From Podarcis pityusensis (Eukaryota): DNA of 64,000 nt. The position numbers were made by a program, and so were the translations under genes. The stretch lies in the NCBI GenBank assembly GCA_964106645.2, contig OZ067044.1; one strand, 5' to 3'. Shown piece after piece: positions 63,102 to 64,000 of this stretch (within the stretch, counting starts at the first letter, position 1; every line of letters starts with the position of its first letter). The notes under the pieces are model-generated. The model worked only from the letters and a program-made list of their open reading frames with translations. It did no database searches and was not told the DNA's origin.

Positions 63102-63848
63102 CTGAAAAAGAGAAGGGAATGGAATGATCAATGGAAGATCTATCAGCAACCACGCCCGTTGGGTAGACTTGAGTTCCTGTGAGGAACAGCGAGAGCCACG
63201 GGTAACAACTGCAACGTCGAAGCCGCTTTCTGTAATTTATCCAAATGCAAGGAAACTGGCGTGAACTCAACCTTGGTCATTGTGCAACACCATATTGCTA
63301 TTTGTTGTCGTATGCATGGATCAGACACAACACTCAGTTATAGGCACTATGATATGTCAGCTGTTGTACGGAGGCTTCCCTGCTGCAACCATGTGAGCCA
63401 GCTGGATTACAGAAGGGGTTTCCATGCCAGAACTGCTGGCTGCCAGGTAGATATAATGCCAGTGTGGGGACTCTGTACAACAACGACCCAGTCTGAGGTA
63501 GTAATATTGTGACATGAACTCCACCCAAGCACAACCAGCAACCGTGCTGTACAGCATATGCATATAAACTGGCATTACCAGTAGCTGATATTGATTAGAC
63601 AAGTCTCTCTCCCCTCCGCCTCACAAAAAATGCAAGCTATATTTCTCCTTTTCCTTTTGCACAGTTCTTTTCTAATTCTAGCATTAGGCAGGCTCTCACC
63701 CTATGCTTTTTAGATTCCTGCTAAAACCCTTCTTTGTTTGTTTCAACAAGGCTACCCAGACACATAATGTAGTTTATATATGCTTTGCCTTAGTATTTGA
63801 CAATCGTGCCTGATTTTCAATGAATATTGGTGTGTAAACTTAAGTGTA

Positions 63849-64000
63849 CAGTGGTACCTCAGCTTACAAACACTTTGGGTTACAAACTGCGCTAACCTGG
63901 AAATAGTACCTCGGGTTAAGAACTTTACCTCAGGATGAGAACAGAAATTGTGCGGCCGCGGCACGGCAGCAGGTCCCATTATCTAAAGTGGTACCTCAGG
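63849..64000. mobile_element. Tc1/mariner-type MITE cut by the window edge
   Basis: Nearly identical to 22989-23214. Confidence 0.85.

Noticed and set aside
63150-63205. HDV-like ribozyme around the GTTCCT-GTG-AGGAAC hairpin
   Set aside because: Could not build the P1/P2/P3 nested pseudoknot

Overview
Eukaryotic DNA from a squamate reptile, probably a lacertid-like lizard (Sauria-type SINEs, BovB, CR1, L2 and L1 LINEs, TA-flanked Tc1/mariner MITEs, hAT MITEs). The window holds the 3' half of TRIO on the minus strand. I traced 23 coding exons by hand between 63101 and 14234; all have GT-AG introns with compatible phases and sum to 4067 nt (2 nt plus 1355 codons including the stop). They encode the linker after SH3-1, DH2-PH2 (RhoA GEF), a Ser/Pro-rich linker, SH3-2, the Ig domain and the Ser/Thr kinase, followed by a ~2 kb 3'UTR with two poly(A) signals. 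Points the ORF track misses: (1) a 60-nt alternative last exon matching the Trio8/Solo/TrioC tail (55746-55805); (2) a candidate alternative last exon (29287-29466) whose tandem acceptors put both donors of the large linker exon into one 59-aa frame; (3) a Tf1/sushi-type LTR retrotransposon at the left edge with a visible self-priming PBS and a U3 mini-ORF; (4) several nested or rearranged insertions, including a 5'-inverted BovB, a palindrome-satellite MITE inside a young L1, and a hAT inside a hAT. No prokaryotic system, CRISPR array or structural RNA gene was seen. Repeat family names come from pattern recognition, not database searches.
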